NCBI GenBank assembly: GCA_963630775.1
Contig: CAVGNU010000006.1
Span: 1-57,699, forward strand
From: Bacteroides fragilis
GTDB lineage: Bacteria > Pseudomonadota > Alphaproteobacteria > Rs-D84
Direction of reading: 5' to 3'
DNA length: 57,699 nt
The stretch's first letter is position 1. Each line of letters begins with the position of its first letter. Positions 27,375 through 36,883 of the stretch are shown piece after piece. The translations under genes were made by a program, and so were the position numbers. Below the pieces are notes generated by a model, which saw only the letters and a program-made list of their open reading frames with translations, made no database searches and had not been told where the DNA came from.

Positions 27375-29147
27375 ATGTATTACAGTAACGGTAATTACGA
27401 GGCATTTGCCGTCCCACGCAAACCGGCCGGCGCAGATAAAAAATCAGCATACATTATTGGTGGTGGATTGGCCGGATTGGCGGCGGCGGTATTTATGATA
27501 CGCGACGCAAAAATGTCCGGCAAACAGATTCAGATTTTCGAAGAGTTGTCCATTTCCGGTGGCAGTATGGACGGTATCAAGAATCCAAAGTTGGGCTATA
27601 TCATTCGCGGTGGCCGTGAAATGGAGGCGCACTTTGAAACCCTGTGGGATTTGTTTCGGTCTATTCCATCACTCGAAGATGAAAATGTATCTGTCTTGGA
27701 CGAATTTTATTGGCTGAACAAAGAAGACCCCAGTTTTTCGCACACGCGTGTAATTGAAAATCGTGGCCAGCAAATTCCAACCGATGGCAAATTGACACTG
27801 ACGCCACGCGCGATACGCGAACTGGTCGATTTGGCAATGACACCCGAAGATAAATTGCAAGACGTCCGCATTGACCAAGTATTTACGTCGGAATTTTTTG
27901 AATCTAATTTCTGGCTGTATTGGGCGACAATGTTCGCGTTTGAACCGTGGTCCAGTGCGATGGAAATGCGTCGCTATATATTACGCTTTATTCACCACGT
28001 GGGCAGTTTGGCGGACATGTCTGCATTGAAATTTACAAAATATAACCAGTATGAATCCCTGATTACGCCGCTGGTTCGATGGCTGACCGCACGCGGTGTA
28101 AAATTCCACTATGATACGCGCGTGACCAATGTCGTCATTGATTCCGGCGCATCGAACAAGGTTGCAAAGTCCATCGAAATGGTGCACGCCGGTCGCAAGA
28201 AAACAATCAACCTGTCGCCGGACGACTTGGTGTTTATCACCAACGGTTCTATTACCGAAAGCAGTACATACGGCGACAACAATACGCCCGCCGCGCGCCC
28301 TAGTGGGATCGGGGCCAGTTGGGAATTGTGGAAAAATATCGCCGCACAAAACACTGAATTTGGCCGTCCGGACAAGTTCTGTGAAAACATTCCCGCGGCA
28401 AATTGGGTAATGTCGGCAACAATCACACTGACCGACGACCGTGTTGTCCCATACATCAAAAAGATTTGCAAGAAAGACCCGCACAGTGGGTCTATTGTCA
28501 CCAGTGGGCCGGTCACAATCCGCGATTCTAATTGGCTGTATGGATTTTCCATTTCGCGCCAGCCGCATTTCCGTGCGCAAAAACCGAACGAGATTGTCGT
28601 CTGGACATACGGCCTGTTTTCGGACAAAATCGGCAACTATGTGAAAAAGAAAATCGCCGATTGCACGGGTGCAGAACTGTGCGCCGAATGGTTGTATCAC
28701 ATCGGTGTGCCAATCGCAGAAATCGAAGACATCGCGCACAACGCATCGCACACCGTACCGTGCCATATGCCGTTTATTTCAACATACTTTATGCCACGTG
28801 CATTGGGCGACCGACCACGGGTCGTGCCAACAGGGGCGGTGAATTTTGCGTTTATCGGTAACTATGCCGAAACCGATCGCGATACGGTTTTTACAACCGA
28901 ATATTCGGTTCGCACTGCGATGCAGGCGGTCTATACCTTGCTGAATGTTGATCGCGCCGTGCCAGAGGTCTTTCCATCGTGCTTTGACGTACGCGTCCTG
29001 ATGCGCAGCGTGTATTTCCTGAACGATAAAAAGAAACTGGCAGATATCGAAATGCCATGGTTTATGAAAATGCTGGGTGCGGCGGGGCTGAAACATGTGC
29101 GCGGCACATACATCGCCGAATTGATGCACCAAGAAGGATTGATATAA
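27375..29147 (+). CDS. ohyA: oleate hydratase (MCRA family, FAD-dependent)
   Basis: 'MYYSNGNYEAFAVPRKP...KSAYIIGGGLAGLAAAVFMIRDA', 'RGGREME' and 590 aa are characteristic of fatty-acid hydratases. Confidence 0.9.
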   Translation: MYYSNGNYEAFAVPRKPAGADKKSAYIIGGGLAGLAAAVFMIRDAKMSGKQIQIFEELSISGGSMDGIKNPKLGYIIRGGREMEAHFETLWDLFRSIPSLEDENVSVLDEFYWLNKEDPSFSHTRVIENRGQQIPTDGKLTLTPRAIRELVDLAMTPEDKLQDVRIDQVFTSEFFESNFWLYWATMFAFEPWSSAMEMRRYILRFIHHVGSLADMSALKFTKYNQYESLITPLVRWLTARGVKFHYDTRVTNVVIDSGASNKVAKSIEMVHAGRKKTINLSPDDLVFITNGSITESSTYGDNNTPAARPSGIGASWELWKNIAAQNTEFGRPDKFCENIPAANWVMSATITLTDDRVVPYIKKICKKDPHSGSIVTSGPVTIRDSNWLYGFSISRQPHFRAQKPNEIVVWTYGLFSDKIGNYVKKKIADCTGAELCAEWLYHIGVPIAEIEDIAHNASHTVPCHMPFISTYFMPRALGDRPRVVPTGAVNFAFIGNYAETDRDTVFTTEYSVRTAMQAVYTLLNVDRAVPEVFPSCFDVRVLMRSVYFLNDKKKLADIEMPWFMKMLGAAGLKHVRGTYIAELMHQEGLI

Positions 29148-29169
29148 TTTTGATGAAACAGTCCAAATC

Positions 29170-29200
29170 AAAAACGCCCCACACGGGGCGTTTTTGTTTT
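29170..29200. terminator. hairpin terminator
   Basis: AAAAACGCCCC-acac-GGGGCGTTTTT. Confidence 0.75.
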
Positions 29201-29473
29201 GCTTATTCTGCGAAAATCTTTTCTGGCGTACCCAAACAACAGAACCCGACAATCAAATCAACGAACGCCCATATGCACGAAATAAACACGCCAATGTTTT
29301 GATATATGATTATATACCGCCCAACCATTTGCAAGGGCAAAAATGATTGTTGAAATGAAAACGACCCAAACGGGTCGTTTGTTATTGTTGCTCGGGCATA
29401 GCACATACTGTGCAATCCATGAATTGCTAAACTCAGAGAATCGCAGATGTTTGTGAAGAAATAGATTCAAAAA

Positions 29474-29959
29474 TTAATATTTATTTTTATCTAATATCAA
29501 GTAAAAATCTGGGACGTGTTTTGGTGACATGCCATTCAACAAACTAACAGATGCGACCGACCCGAATGGCGTATAAAAACTATCGTCAAATTCATAGTAT
29601 TTACGAATGCACCCGTTGATTTGTTGTTCTAAATCAGACATTGGCATATGAATCATCATATTCCAAACTTTTTCTTGAATTTCATCATACTTGTAATCGC
29701 CAAACCTGTAATTGTCCCAGAAATAAGACAAGATTTGTTCTGCTTGTTTTTCGTTCAAATCTTTTATACTTTTTGGAAAATTGTAACGCGGATGCGCCGC
29801 ACGATACATATCTAATTTTTCTTGGTTTACTGCATAAGCATTTTTACGCACATTGACCACGGCTGTTTTTTCTATGGTCTGACTGATAGAATCATCTTTT
29901 CTATCGGCAACAGCATATGTCGGAATCAACAAAAACAGAACAAATAAGAAATTCTTCAT
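29474..29959 (-). CDS. hypothetical secreted protein (161 aa) in an AT-rich islet
   Basis: Signal peptide 'MKNFLFVLFLLIPTYAVA'. AT-rich codon usage differs from the neighbours. No motif recognised. Confidence 0.5.
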   Translation of the reverse strand: MKNFLFVLFLLIPTYAVADRKDDSISQTIEKTAVVNVRKNAYAVNQEKLDMYRAAHPRYNFPKSIKDLNEKQAEQILSYFWDNYRFGDYKYDEIQEKVWNMMIHMPMSDLEQQINGCIRKYYEFDDSFYTPFGSVASVSLLNGMSPKHVPDFYLILDKNKY

Positions 29960-30173
29960 ATGCTGATTATGGCAAAGCCCCTGCATAAAAATCAATATCT
30001 ATTTGTACGATTTGTCCATCCGTTCCCATATTTGCCCCACTCGGATTGTTCGCTGTGTGGCGTATCGCCACCGCTCACCATACGTAAGGCGCGAACGGCG
30101 CGCAAAGTATTGCGCTTGTTCTTGCCAACTATCATGTCGAACCTGCGGTTCTCATCCGGTGACTGACACAAAA

Positions 30174-30198
30174 TAAAAAGACCACCTTTCGGTGGTCG
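30174..30198 (-). terminator. Rho-independent terminator downstream of tRNA-Glu
   Basis: Minus strand GACCACC-gaaa-GGTGGTC followed by TTTTT. Confidence 0.7.
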
Positions 30199-30206
30199 TT
30201 TTATTT

Positions 30207-30281
30207 TGGCAGCCCCACTCGGATTCGAACCGGGATTCTCGCCTTGAAAGGGCGGTGTCCTAACCATTAGACGATGGGGCC
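30207..30281 (-). tRNA. tRNA-Glu (anticodon UUC)
   Basis: Minus strand GGCCCCATCGTCTAATGGTTAGGACACCGCCCTTTCAAGGCGAGAATCCCGGTTCGAATCCGAGTGGGGCTGCCA. It has anticodon loop CTTTCAA and an encoded CCA. There is one C-A mismatch in the T stem. Confidence 0.85.
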
Positions 30282-30391
30282 AAAACTCTTAAAAACGCTG
30301 GCAAATTATAACTGGCAAATCCCGCATTGTCAAGCGGAAATACAAACAGGGGCGCATGCATTTGCGCCCCTGTATAACGTTGCGGATTTTC

Positions 30392-30853
30392 TTATTCCAC
30401 AACCACCGGTGTGTCAACAACGACGGCCTCGGTTTCTGTGACGGTGACCGTGTAGTTTGGCATTGCGTTGGCGTCAACCCGTTTGAATGTCATGGTCTGG
30501 CCATTGCCAATCAGTGTCAATGTGCCGTTATTCAGGTTATATTTTTCTACCGTGTTCAAGAATTGGAAATATTCACGTTCTGTCGCCATTGCATCCGCTG
30601 GCCCCATCATCAGCGTCATTGCACCTTGGTCAAACTGAATATGATTGCCCGCCGCGCGATAAGACCCGTTATACAGGTTCACAACCTGACCATAGAAACG
30701 CATTTCGTTTTCGTCAAACGACAATGTGATGTCTGCGCCGTTACCGTTGGCGATAAAGTTCGCCCCGCGCAGGGCCGCCGGATTTTGTCCGCCGTCGCCA
30801 CATGCCGCCAGTGCCAATGCCATTGCGCCAAATGCCAGTGCTTTGATTTTCAT
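30392..30853 (-). CDS. META/HslJ-domain lipoprotein
   Basis: Lipobox 'ALALAAC' and AAGGGAG Shine-Dalgarno. 'RFYGQVVNLYNGSYRAAGNHIQFDQGAMTLMMGP...EREYFQFL' fits a META domain. Confidence 0.65.
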   Translation of the reverse strand: MKIKALAFGAMALALAACGDGGQNPAALRGANFIANGNGADITLSFDENEMRFYGQVVNLYNGSYRAAGNHIQFDQGAMTLMMGPADAMATEREYFQFLNTVEKYNLNNGTLTLIGNGQTMTFKRVDANAMPNYTVTVTETEAVVVDTPVVVE

Positions 30854-30970
30854 GATTTTTGCTCCCTTTGTTTTGTATGTCGACTGTAACGATATCATTA
30901 TTTGGCATAAATACAAGGTTGGACAAGACGTTTATATTCCCACAGCGAAAAACATCTCTTGGTAATATTA

Positions 30971-31078
30971 GATGTGCGCCGAATGGCGCATTCTTATTGT
31001 CATTCCTGCCTGAGCGGGAATGACAAGTTGCTAGAACGTATCCTGTAGGGGGCGCGTACCGCATAGCGGGGGGTGAAA
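30971..31078. repeat. palindromic intergenic repeat units
   Basis: GATGTGCGCCGAATGGCGCATTCTTATTGTCATTCCTGCCTGAGCGGGAATGACA closely matches 40350-40402. 'TACCGCATAGCGGGGGGTG' matches 40569-40587. Confidence 0.7.
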
Positions 31079-31093
31079 AAACAGGTTAAATAA

Positions 31094-31126
31094 AAAACAC
31101 GTCAAAAACGACGTGTTTCTTATTTA
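31094..31126 (-). terminator. Rho-independent terminator downstream of tRNA-Asp
   Basis: Minus strand AACACGTC-gttttt-GACGTGTT followed by TTTTT. Confidence 0.7.
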
Positions 31127-31128
31127 AC

Positions 31129-31205
31129 TGGCGGGATTGAAGGGGCTCGAACCCTCGACCTTCTGCGTGACAGGCAGACGCTCTAACCAGCTGAGCTACA
31201 ACCCC
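31129..31205 (-). tRNA. tRNA-Asp (anticodon GUC)
   Basis: Minus strand GGGGTTGTAGCTCAGCTGGTTAGAGCGTCTGCCTGTCACGCAGAAGGTCGAGGGTTCGAGCCCCTTCAATCCCGCCA. Confidence 0.92.
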
Positions 31206-31301
31206 AAAGCAAGGCATATACTATACTGTTCGGATTCTAAACGCAAGTGTTTTTTTCATAAAATGAAATTTATTTGAATCCGGTCGGCGTGCTATGGAAA
31301 T

Positions 31302-31324
31302 AAAAAACGGGGCGGGGCCCCGTT
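31302..31324 (-). terminator. Rho-independent terminator of gap
   Basis: Minus strand ACGGGGCCCCGCCCCGT hairpin followed by TTTTTT. Confidence 0.65.
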
Positions 31325-31326
31325 TA

Positions 31327-32328
31327 TTATTTAATCAGTTTTCCCATCGCAACGGCGGTGTCGCCCATACGATTTGAAAATCCCCATTCGTTATCATACC
31401 ATGCGGTCACATGTACCAATCTGTCGCCCAAAACCTTGGTCTGGCTGGCGTCAAATATGGAACTGTGCGCGTCGTGGGTGAAATCGATGGAAACCAGTGG
31501 CAGTTCGTTATAGCCGAATGTTTTCGATTCTGCGGCGCGCATTGCGGCGTTGACCGCGTCAACTGTCGCCGGTTTCTTTAAATTCACAACCAATTCAACA
31601 ACCGAAACGTCTGGGGTCGGCACGCGGATTGCCATACCATCCAATTTGCCCGCCAGGTTCGGCAGAACCAGACCAATCGCCTTGGCCGCGCCGGTGCTAG
31701 TCGGAATCATGGACAGGTTCGCGGCGCGTGCGCGACGGAAATCCTTGTGATTTTTATCCAGCAATTGCTGGTCGCCGGTGTATGCGTGCACAGTTGTCAT
31801 CCAACCAGATTCAATACCAAATGTATCGTCCAGAACCTGCGCTACAGGGGCCAGGCAGTTTGTTGTGCATGACGCATTTGAAACAATCAGGTCGGTTGGT
31901 TTCAATGTGTCTTGGTTTACGCCGTATACGATTGTGGCGTCTGCGCCCGCCGATGGGGCAGATACCAAAACGCGCTTTGCCCCTGCGTCCAGATGAACAC
32001 GCGCTTTGTCCGCGGCGGTAAAGATACCGGTGCATTCCATGACAATGTCGATACCCAATTCGCGCCATGGCAATTTTGTTGGGTCTTTTTCGGCGATGCA
32101 TTTAATTTTCTGATCACCAACGATTATATATTCGCCGTCCAATTTAACGTCCATTGGCAATTTCCCGTGCACAGAATCATATTGCAACAAATATGCGTTC
32201 TGTTCCGCCGGTGCCAGGTCATTCACGGCCACAAATTCAATATCATCACGTCTGGATTCCAACGCCGCGCGCAACACCAAGCGACCAATGCGGCCAAATC
32301 CGTTTATAGCAACTCTGATTTTTGACAT
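31327..32328 (-). CDS. gap: type I glyceraldehyde-3-phosphate dehydrogenase
   Basis: 'IRVAINGFGRIGRLVLR', 'SNASCTTNCLAP' and 'WYDNEWGFSNR'. Start set at MSKIRVA (32328). Confidence 0.95.
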   Translation of the reverse strand: MSKIRVAINGFGRIGRLVLRAALESRRDDIEFVAVNDLAPAEQNAYLLQYDSVHGKLPMDVKLDGEYIIVGDQKIKCIAEKDPTKLPWRELGIDIVMECTGIFTAADKARVHLDAGAKRVLVSAPSAGADATIVYGVNQDTLKPTDLIVSNASCTTNCLAPVAQVLDDTFGIESGWMTTVHAYTGDQQLLDKNHKDFRRARAANLSMIPTSTGAAKAIGLVLPNLAGKLDGMAIRVPTPDVSVVELVVNLKKPATVDAVNAAMRAAESKTFGYNELPLVSIDFTHDAHSSIFDASQTKVLGDRLVHVTAWYDNEWGFSNRMGDTAVAMGKLIK

Positions 32329-32416
32329 ATTATTTCCTTTCGTTTTTTGTCGGTTAGACGGCTTTATCATAGCCCGGGATTGACAAGATTACAATGGAAT
32401 TTTATACTTGGACAAA

Positions 32417-33289
32417 ATGAAACATTCGTCATATATCATTACTGGGCCAACTGCATCGGGCAAATCCGCCTTTGCCGACCGGCTGGCACGTGAAATCGGT
32501 GGCACAGTCATCAATTGCGACAGTGTCCAGATTTATCGCGGAATTGAAAACATTTCGGCCAGTCCGTTTGCCGGTCGCGAAATAACCGATGAAATCGATG
32601 ACGTGCCATATAAACTGTTTTCCATTTTGCCACTGACCAAACAAATCAGTGTGGCGGATTACCTGAATCTGGCGCGGCGCGAATATGATGCGGCACTGCG
32701 CGCGGGTCGCACACCGATATTTGTTGGCGGTACGGGGTATTATATAAATGCAATTATAAACGGTATTTCGCCAATGCCCGATATTGATGATGCGGTGCGC
32801 CGTCGCGCACGTGAATTGGTGGCAACCGATATCGACGCGGCGCGTCGCATGTTACCGCCCGAATTTACCGCAACTGACCCCCAGCGTGTCGCCCGCGGGG
32901 TAGAGGTGTTTTTACAAACCGGTCGTCACATTACAGAGTTTCAAAATATGCCGCGCACCGGTGCCGTAGCACCCGACGCATGCAAAATTTTAATCAACCC
33001 ACCATTGGACGTGTTGCGGGCCCGTATTGCGACGCGCGTGCCAAAAATGGTGTCCGGTGGCGCGATTGACGAAGGGCGCGTGGTCATCGATTCCGGCTGG
33101 GATGCGCGGCGCGCAATTGGTGCGGCGCAAATGGTTGCGTACCTGCGTGGGGAAATTGATATGGACACATGTGTCCAGAATTGGATTACAAAAACAAATC
33201 AATATGCAAAACGGCAGCGAACTTGGTTTCGTACCCAGTTCGCCGCCGATATTGTGTTAGACAGTGCGGACGCGCCGATTACTTTCTAG
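32417..33289 (+). CDS. miaA: tRNA dimethylallyltransferase
   Basis: P-loop 'ITGPTASGKSAFA', 'INCDSVQIYRG', 'PIFVGGTGYYI' and 'YAKRQRTWFR'. Confidence 0.9.
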   Translation: MKHSSYIITGPTASGKSAFADRLAREIGGTVINCDSVQIYRGIENISASPFAGREITDEIDDVPYKLFSILPLTKQISVADYLNLARREYDAALRAGRTPIFVGGTGYYINAIINGISPMPDIDDAVRRRARELVATDIDAARRMLPPEFTATDPQRVARGVEVFLQTGRHITEFQNMPRTGAVAPDACKILINPPLDVLRARIATRVPKMVSGGAIDEGRVVIDSGWDARRAIGAAQMVAYLRGEIDMDTCVQNWITKTNQYAKRQRTWFRTQFAADIVLDSADAPITF

Positions 33290-33752
33290 GGCCGCGTGTC
33301 GCATTCGCGTGATTAGCAATCATGTTGTTGCGTGCCGCGGTCATACGACGTGCTGCCGCCTGTTTTTCCAGCAATCGATTGATATAACTGAAATCTGTGT
33401 ACAAGACCCGTTTTAATGCGGCCTTGGCTTCGCTGCGGTTATGATAAATAGTGTTGCGTTTTGTGTACGCCGACAGGTAATCCGCCATCAAATTAGTCAA
33501 TGATTTCAAGAATTGTGGGTTGGTGGAATTTGGATCGCGGCTGTCCAGCACACGAATAAAGATTCTGGATTGCAAAATCAGAAATTCTTCGGCATCGCGT
33601 GAATATTCCGCGGACGCACGCCATGTGTTGCGGGTGTTTTCTTGGGTGGCGTATGATGCACCATATTTATCCAAAAACAGTTCAGAAATACTTCTGGTAT
33701 ATGTTGCAAACACGCGTTGTGATGCGGTTTGTGCGTTGCGGAATTTTTTCAT
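33279..33752 (-). CDS. hypothetical protein (157 aa)
   Basis: Clean ORF predicted to be helical. No motif recognised. Confidence 0.45.
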   Translation of the reverse strand: MKKFRNAQTASQRVFATYTRSISELFLDKYGASYATQENTRNTWRASAEYSRDAEEFLILQSRIFIRVLDSRDPNSTNPQFLKSLTNLMADYLSAYTKRNTIYHNRSEAKAALKRVLYTDFSYINRLLEKQAAARRMTAARNNMIANHANATRGPRK

Positions 33753-33817
33753 ATTTTGCCCTTTTTGTATTCTTGACGAAATACGTTATAGGACAAAATA
33801 TTTTGTTTGTCAATATT

Positions 33818-34555
33818 TTATTGCGCTGATTCCGAACTTTTTGTGGGGTTCATTTTGGCGTATTCGCGGCGGATTACGTCCATTATACCTGATGCGCGCA
33901 TATGGCTGGAAAATGCAGTACAGTTATTAAATTCCGTTTCCAGTGTGCCCCAACCAGCGTATTCCCAATCAATCAGACCCGCCACACGCATCGTGCGCGT
34001 ATCAACAATGATATTATTGCAAATGTCGTTGTGATTCCACCCGTCGCCCGCACCACGTTGCAGGTCGCGAATTTCCACCGGTCGCGCGTGATGCACAGCT
34101 GTGATAAATTCCGCCAGTTGCCGTCCCCACAGTTCGCGATTACGCGCAATGGTACGTGTTGGTAACTTGTTCATATTGTGCCCGCGAATAAAGTTATATT
34201 TATAGAATACATATTTACCCGCATGCACAATTTCAATTTTTGGAATTGCCAGTGGTGATATGTGTTCAAATGCATCCGTAATGCGCTTTTCCCGCATAAT
34301 GCGTTCGGCGGGTACACTGGTGTCCAAGAATTTGCGTGTTTTGAACACGTATTTGTTATCGACGATAAATCCGATATTCCATCCGCCCTTTATCATTTTT
34401 ACATGGGCAAAGCGCAGTTCTGGTTGTGCGGCGCGCAGTGCGCGATATTTTTTGCGCCAATCAAACAAGCGTTTATAACGAATGCGGCGGCGCACAGTGC
34501 GATTTGGTATAAAACAGACCAAAATATCACAAATTTCAAAGAACAGTTTCCACAT
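33818..34555 (-). CDS. APH/choline-kinase-like phosphotransferase
   Basis: Catalytic loop 'WNHNDICNNIIVD' (HxDxxxxN) and 'GLIDWEYAGWG'. The N-terminus carries 'CFIPNRTVRRRIR'. Confidence 0.65.
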   Translation of the reverse strand: MWKLFFEICDILVCFIPNRTVRRRIRYKRLFDWRKKYRALRAAQPELRFAHVKMIKGGWNIGFIVDNKYVFKTRKFLDTSVPAERIMREKRITDAFEHISPLAIPKIEIVHAGKYVFYKYNFIRGHNMNKLPTRTIARNRELWGRQLAEFITAVHHARPVEIRDLQRGAGDGWNHNDICNNIIVDTRTMRVAGLIDWEYAGWGTLETEFNNCTAFSSHMRASGIMDVIRREYAKMNPTKSSESAQ

Positions 34556-34624
34556 GTATGCACCCCAGTTAAATTTGTGAATAATGGTATTGAAAAAAAC
34601 GAAAAAAACAAGTACTTTGTGGGT

Positions 34625-36832
34625 ATGTTTAACGCAGGCGATATTGTCAAAGTTTTAATACCAAATGTTGTCAATGCCGGATATGATTACCGGCTGACCG
34701 CGTCGGCAACGCTGGGGCAATTTGTGGCGTGCCGTGTTATGAACCGACCGTATATTGGCGTTGTGTGGGGCGTGGGTGATTCTGGGTTGCCGGCGGAAAA
34801 AATCAAAAATGTATCAGATGTGTACGACGCGCGCTTGGCGGTTGCGGATTTGCAGTGGATTGCAAAAATGTCGGCGTGGACGCTGATGACGCCGGGCGCG
34901 GTGTTGCGTTTGATTGTAAATGTCCCCGACGCGTTTTTACCGCCCAAGATGGAACAACTCTATGAATTAAATATTGCAGACGGTGTGCGTATGACCGCGT
35001 CGCGTCTGGCGGTGTCGGATGCATTTGCGTCAAACGATGGCGAGCCAATGTCGGTGTCCGACATTCAAAACATCGCACATGTCAGCGCGTCTGTCGTTCG
35101 CACAATGATAGGGCAGGGGATGCTGGTTCCAACAGAGCAAAGAGCAAAGAGCAGAGAGCAATGTTCGGTCCAATATCACGATATAGGGAATGTTGTGTTA
35201 AACCCAGAACAGCAATCGGCGGCGGATACGATTGGTGCGGCGATTGATGCGGGTGGTTTTTCGGTGTTTTTATTGGATGGCATTACGGGCAGTGGTAAAA
35301 CCCAGGTTTATTTTGATGCCGCATGGCGCGCGTATTCGCGTGGGGCGTCGGTGTTGCTGATGATGCCGGAAATTGCACTGACGGCGCAATTTATGCACCG
35401 ATTCGCCGCGCGATTTGGTGCCGCCCCCGTCGTGTGGCACAGCAATCTAACCGCGGCGCGTCGGCGTGAAATCTGGCGCGGGGTGTTGCGCGGCGAAATT
35501 CGTATGGTTGTTGGCACGCGCAGTGCGCTGTTCTTGCCGTGGCAAAAATTGGGCCTGATTGTCGTGGACGAAGAACACGATACATCATATAAACAGGAAG
35601 ATATGGGCAACTATCACGCGCGTGATATGGCGGTTCTGCGTGCGAAAATCGCGGGGTTCCCGGTTGTGCTGGCCAGTGCAACGCCGTCTGCCGAAACATT
35701 ACAGAATGTTATATCGGGCAAATATAAATCGTTGCGTTTAACATCGCGATTTGGTGGCGCGCAAATGCCAAAAATTGAAACAATTGATTTGCGTGAAAAT
35801 CGACCCGATGCGTATCAGTTGCCATCAGATGATGCAAATGCTGCGCCACGGGGTGGGGCATTATCGGTAGCGCTGTGCGATGCAATCTCTGCAACATTGT
35901 CGGCGGGTCGCCAAATAATGCTGTTTATAAATCGGCGCGGGTTTGCCCCAATTGTTCAATGTAAAAAATGCGGCTGGGTTGCCCAGTGTCCGGATTGCAG
36001 TGTCGGCATGACATACCATAAATCGGTGGGAAAATTGCTGTGCCACATGTGCGGGCGTACTGCGCCAATGCCAAACAAGTGCCCCGACTGCGGCGGCGAT
36101 GTATCAACCCGTGGCGCGGGCTTGGAAAAGATAGCCGAAGAAGTGTCAGTCCGTTTCCCATCGGCGCGCACGGCATTGGTGTCCAGTGATACAATTTCAT
36201 CGCGCCAGTCATTGGAACGCTTGGTCGCAAAAATGGAAAACGGCGAAATCGACATTGTCATCGGAACGCAGATTCTGGCCAAGGGGCACCATTTCCCGAA
36301 CCTGACGCTGGTTGGGGTGGTGGACGCCGATATGGGGCTGTTTGGGACCGATTTCCGTGCCGCCGAACATACGTTTCAGCAATTATTTCAGGTTGCCGGT
36401 CGCGCCGGCCGTGGTGAATTTCCGGGGCGGGTATTGATGCAAACGTACCAACCCGACCATCCAGTGCTGACGGCGATATGCGCGGGTGACCGCGATGCGT
36501 TTATGGCATCTGACATGGCGGCGCGCCGTGCGGCGGGAATGCCACCGTTTGGTCAACTGATTGCGGTTGTTGTAGAGGGGCAAAAGGAATCCGTATTAAA
36601 GGGGTTCTGTGATGCATTGGCGGCGGCCGCACCGATTGCCGCGGGCGTAAAAATCATGGGCCCAATCGCGGCGGGCGTGTATCAAATCAGAAATTGGTAT
36701 CGTATGCGTTTCTTGGTCGCGGGCGGTACAACAACAATGCTGCAACCGGTTGTGTCGCATTGGCTGGCCAAGGTAAAACAACCCGCCAACATTCGGGTCA
36801 AGGTTGACGTGAACCCACAAAACTTTATGTAA
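34625..36832 (+). CDS. priA: primosomal replication protein N' (PriA helicase)
   Basis: Walker A 'DGITGSGKTQVY', 'VVDEEHDTSYKQ', Cys-rich zinc region 'CKKCGWVAQCPDCSVGMTYH...CHMCG...CPDCGG' and 'GTQILAKGHHFPNLTLVG'. Start set at MFNAGDIV (34625). Confidence 0.93.
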   Translation: MFNAGDIVKVLIPNVVNAGYDYRLTASATLGQFVACRVMNRPYIGVVWGVGDSGLPAEKIKNVSDVYDARLAVADLQWIAKMSAWTLMTPGAVLRLIVNVPDAFLPPKMEQLYELNIADGVRMTASRLAVSDAFASNDGEPMSVSDIQNIAHVSASVVRTMIGQGMLVPTEQRAKSREQCSVQYHDIGNVVLNPEQQSAADTIGAAIDAGGFSVFLLDGITGSGKTQVYFDAAWRAYSRGASVLLMMPEIALTAQFMHRFAARFGAAPVVWHSNLTAARRREIWRGVLRGEIRMVVGTRSALFLPWQKLGLIVVDEEHDTSYKQEDMGNYHARDMAVLRAKIAGFPVVLASATPSAETLQNVISGKYKSLRLTSRFGGAQMPKIETIDLRENRPDAYQLPSDDANAAPRGGALSVALCDAISATLSAGRQIMLFINRRGFAPIVQCKKCGWVAQCPDCSVGMTYHKSVGKLLCHMCGRTAPMPNKCPDCGGDVSTRGAGLEKIAEEVSVRFPSARTALVSSDTISSRQSLERLVAKMENGEIDIVIGTQILAKGHHFPNLTLVGVVDADMGLFGTDFRAAEHTFQQLFQVAGRAGRGEFPGRVLMQTYQPDHPVLTAICAGDRDAFMASDMAARRAAGMPPFGQLIAVVVEGQKESVLKGFCDALAAAAPIAAGVKIMGPIAAGVYQIRNWYRMRFLVAGGTTTMLQPVVSHWLAKVKQPANIRVKVDVNPQNFM

Positions 36833-36883
36833 TTTTTTAATTTTCCACTGGATTTAATTTGCGTATTTGTTTAGCATACCTGT

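Noticed and set aside
29203..29415. A small minus-strand ORF encoding a hydrophobic peptide of about 41 aa between two hairpins downstream of ohyA.
   Set aside because: It has no Shine-Dalgarno, lies in an AT-rich spacer and cannot be supported by conservation from the window alone.
29996..30206. A possible two-piece (permuted) tmRNA or att-site remnant next to tRNA-Glu. The 14-nt GCCCCACTCGGATT at 30034-30047 repeats the tRNA 3' end (30212-30225), and a GGTTCGAC-like stretch lies nearby.
   Set aside because: I found no foldable acceptor/T-arm with CCA, and no plausible Ala-initiated tag reading frame ending in a hydrophobic AA-type tail. A single 14-nt match is weak and no integrase is nearby.
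34262..34624. A 121-codon N-terminal extension of priA that overlaps the kinase gene on the other strand. Similar extensions affect lpxI (42577-42882), the winged-helix ORF (46044-46331), lgt (3083-3301) and the BI-1 gene (2988-3146).
   Set aside because: Homology-consistent starts with Shine-Dalgarno sequences lie downstream, and the extensions overlap neighbouring genes or promoters.
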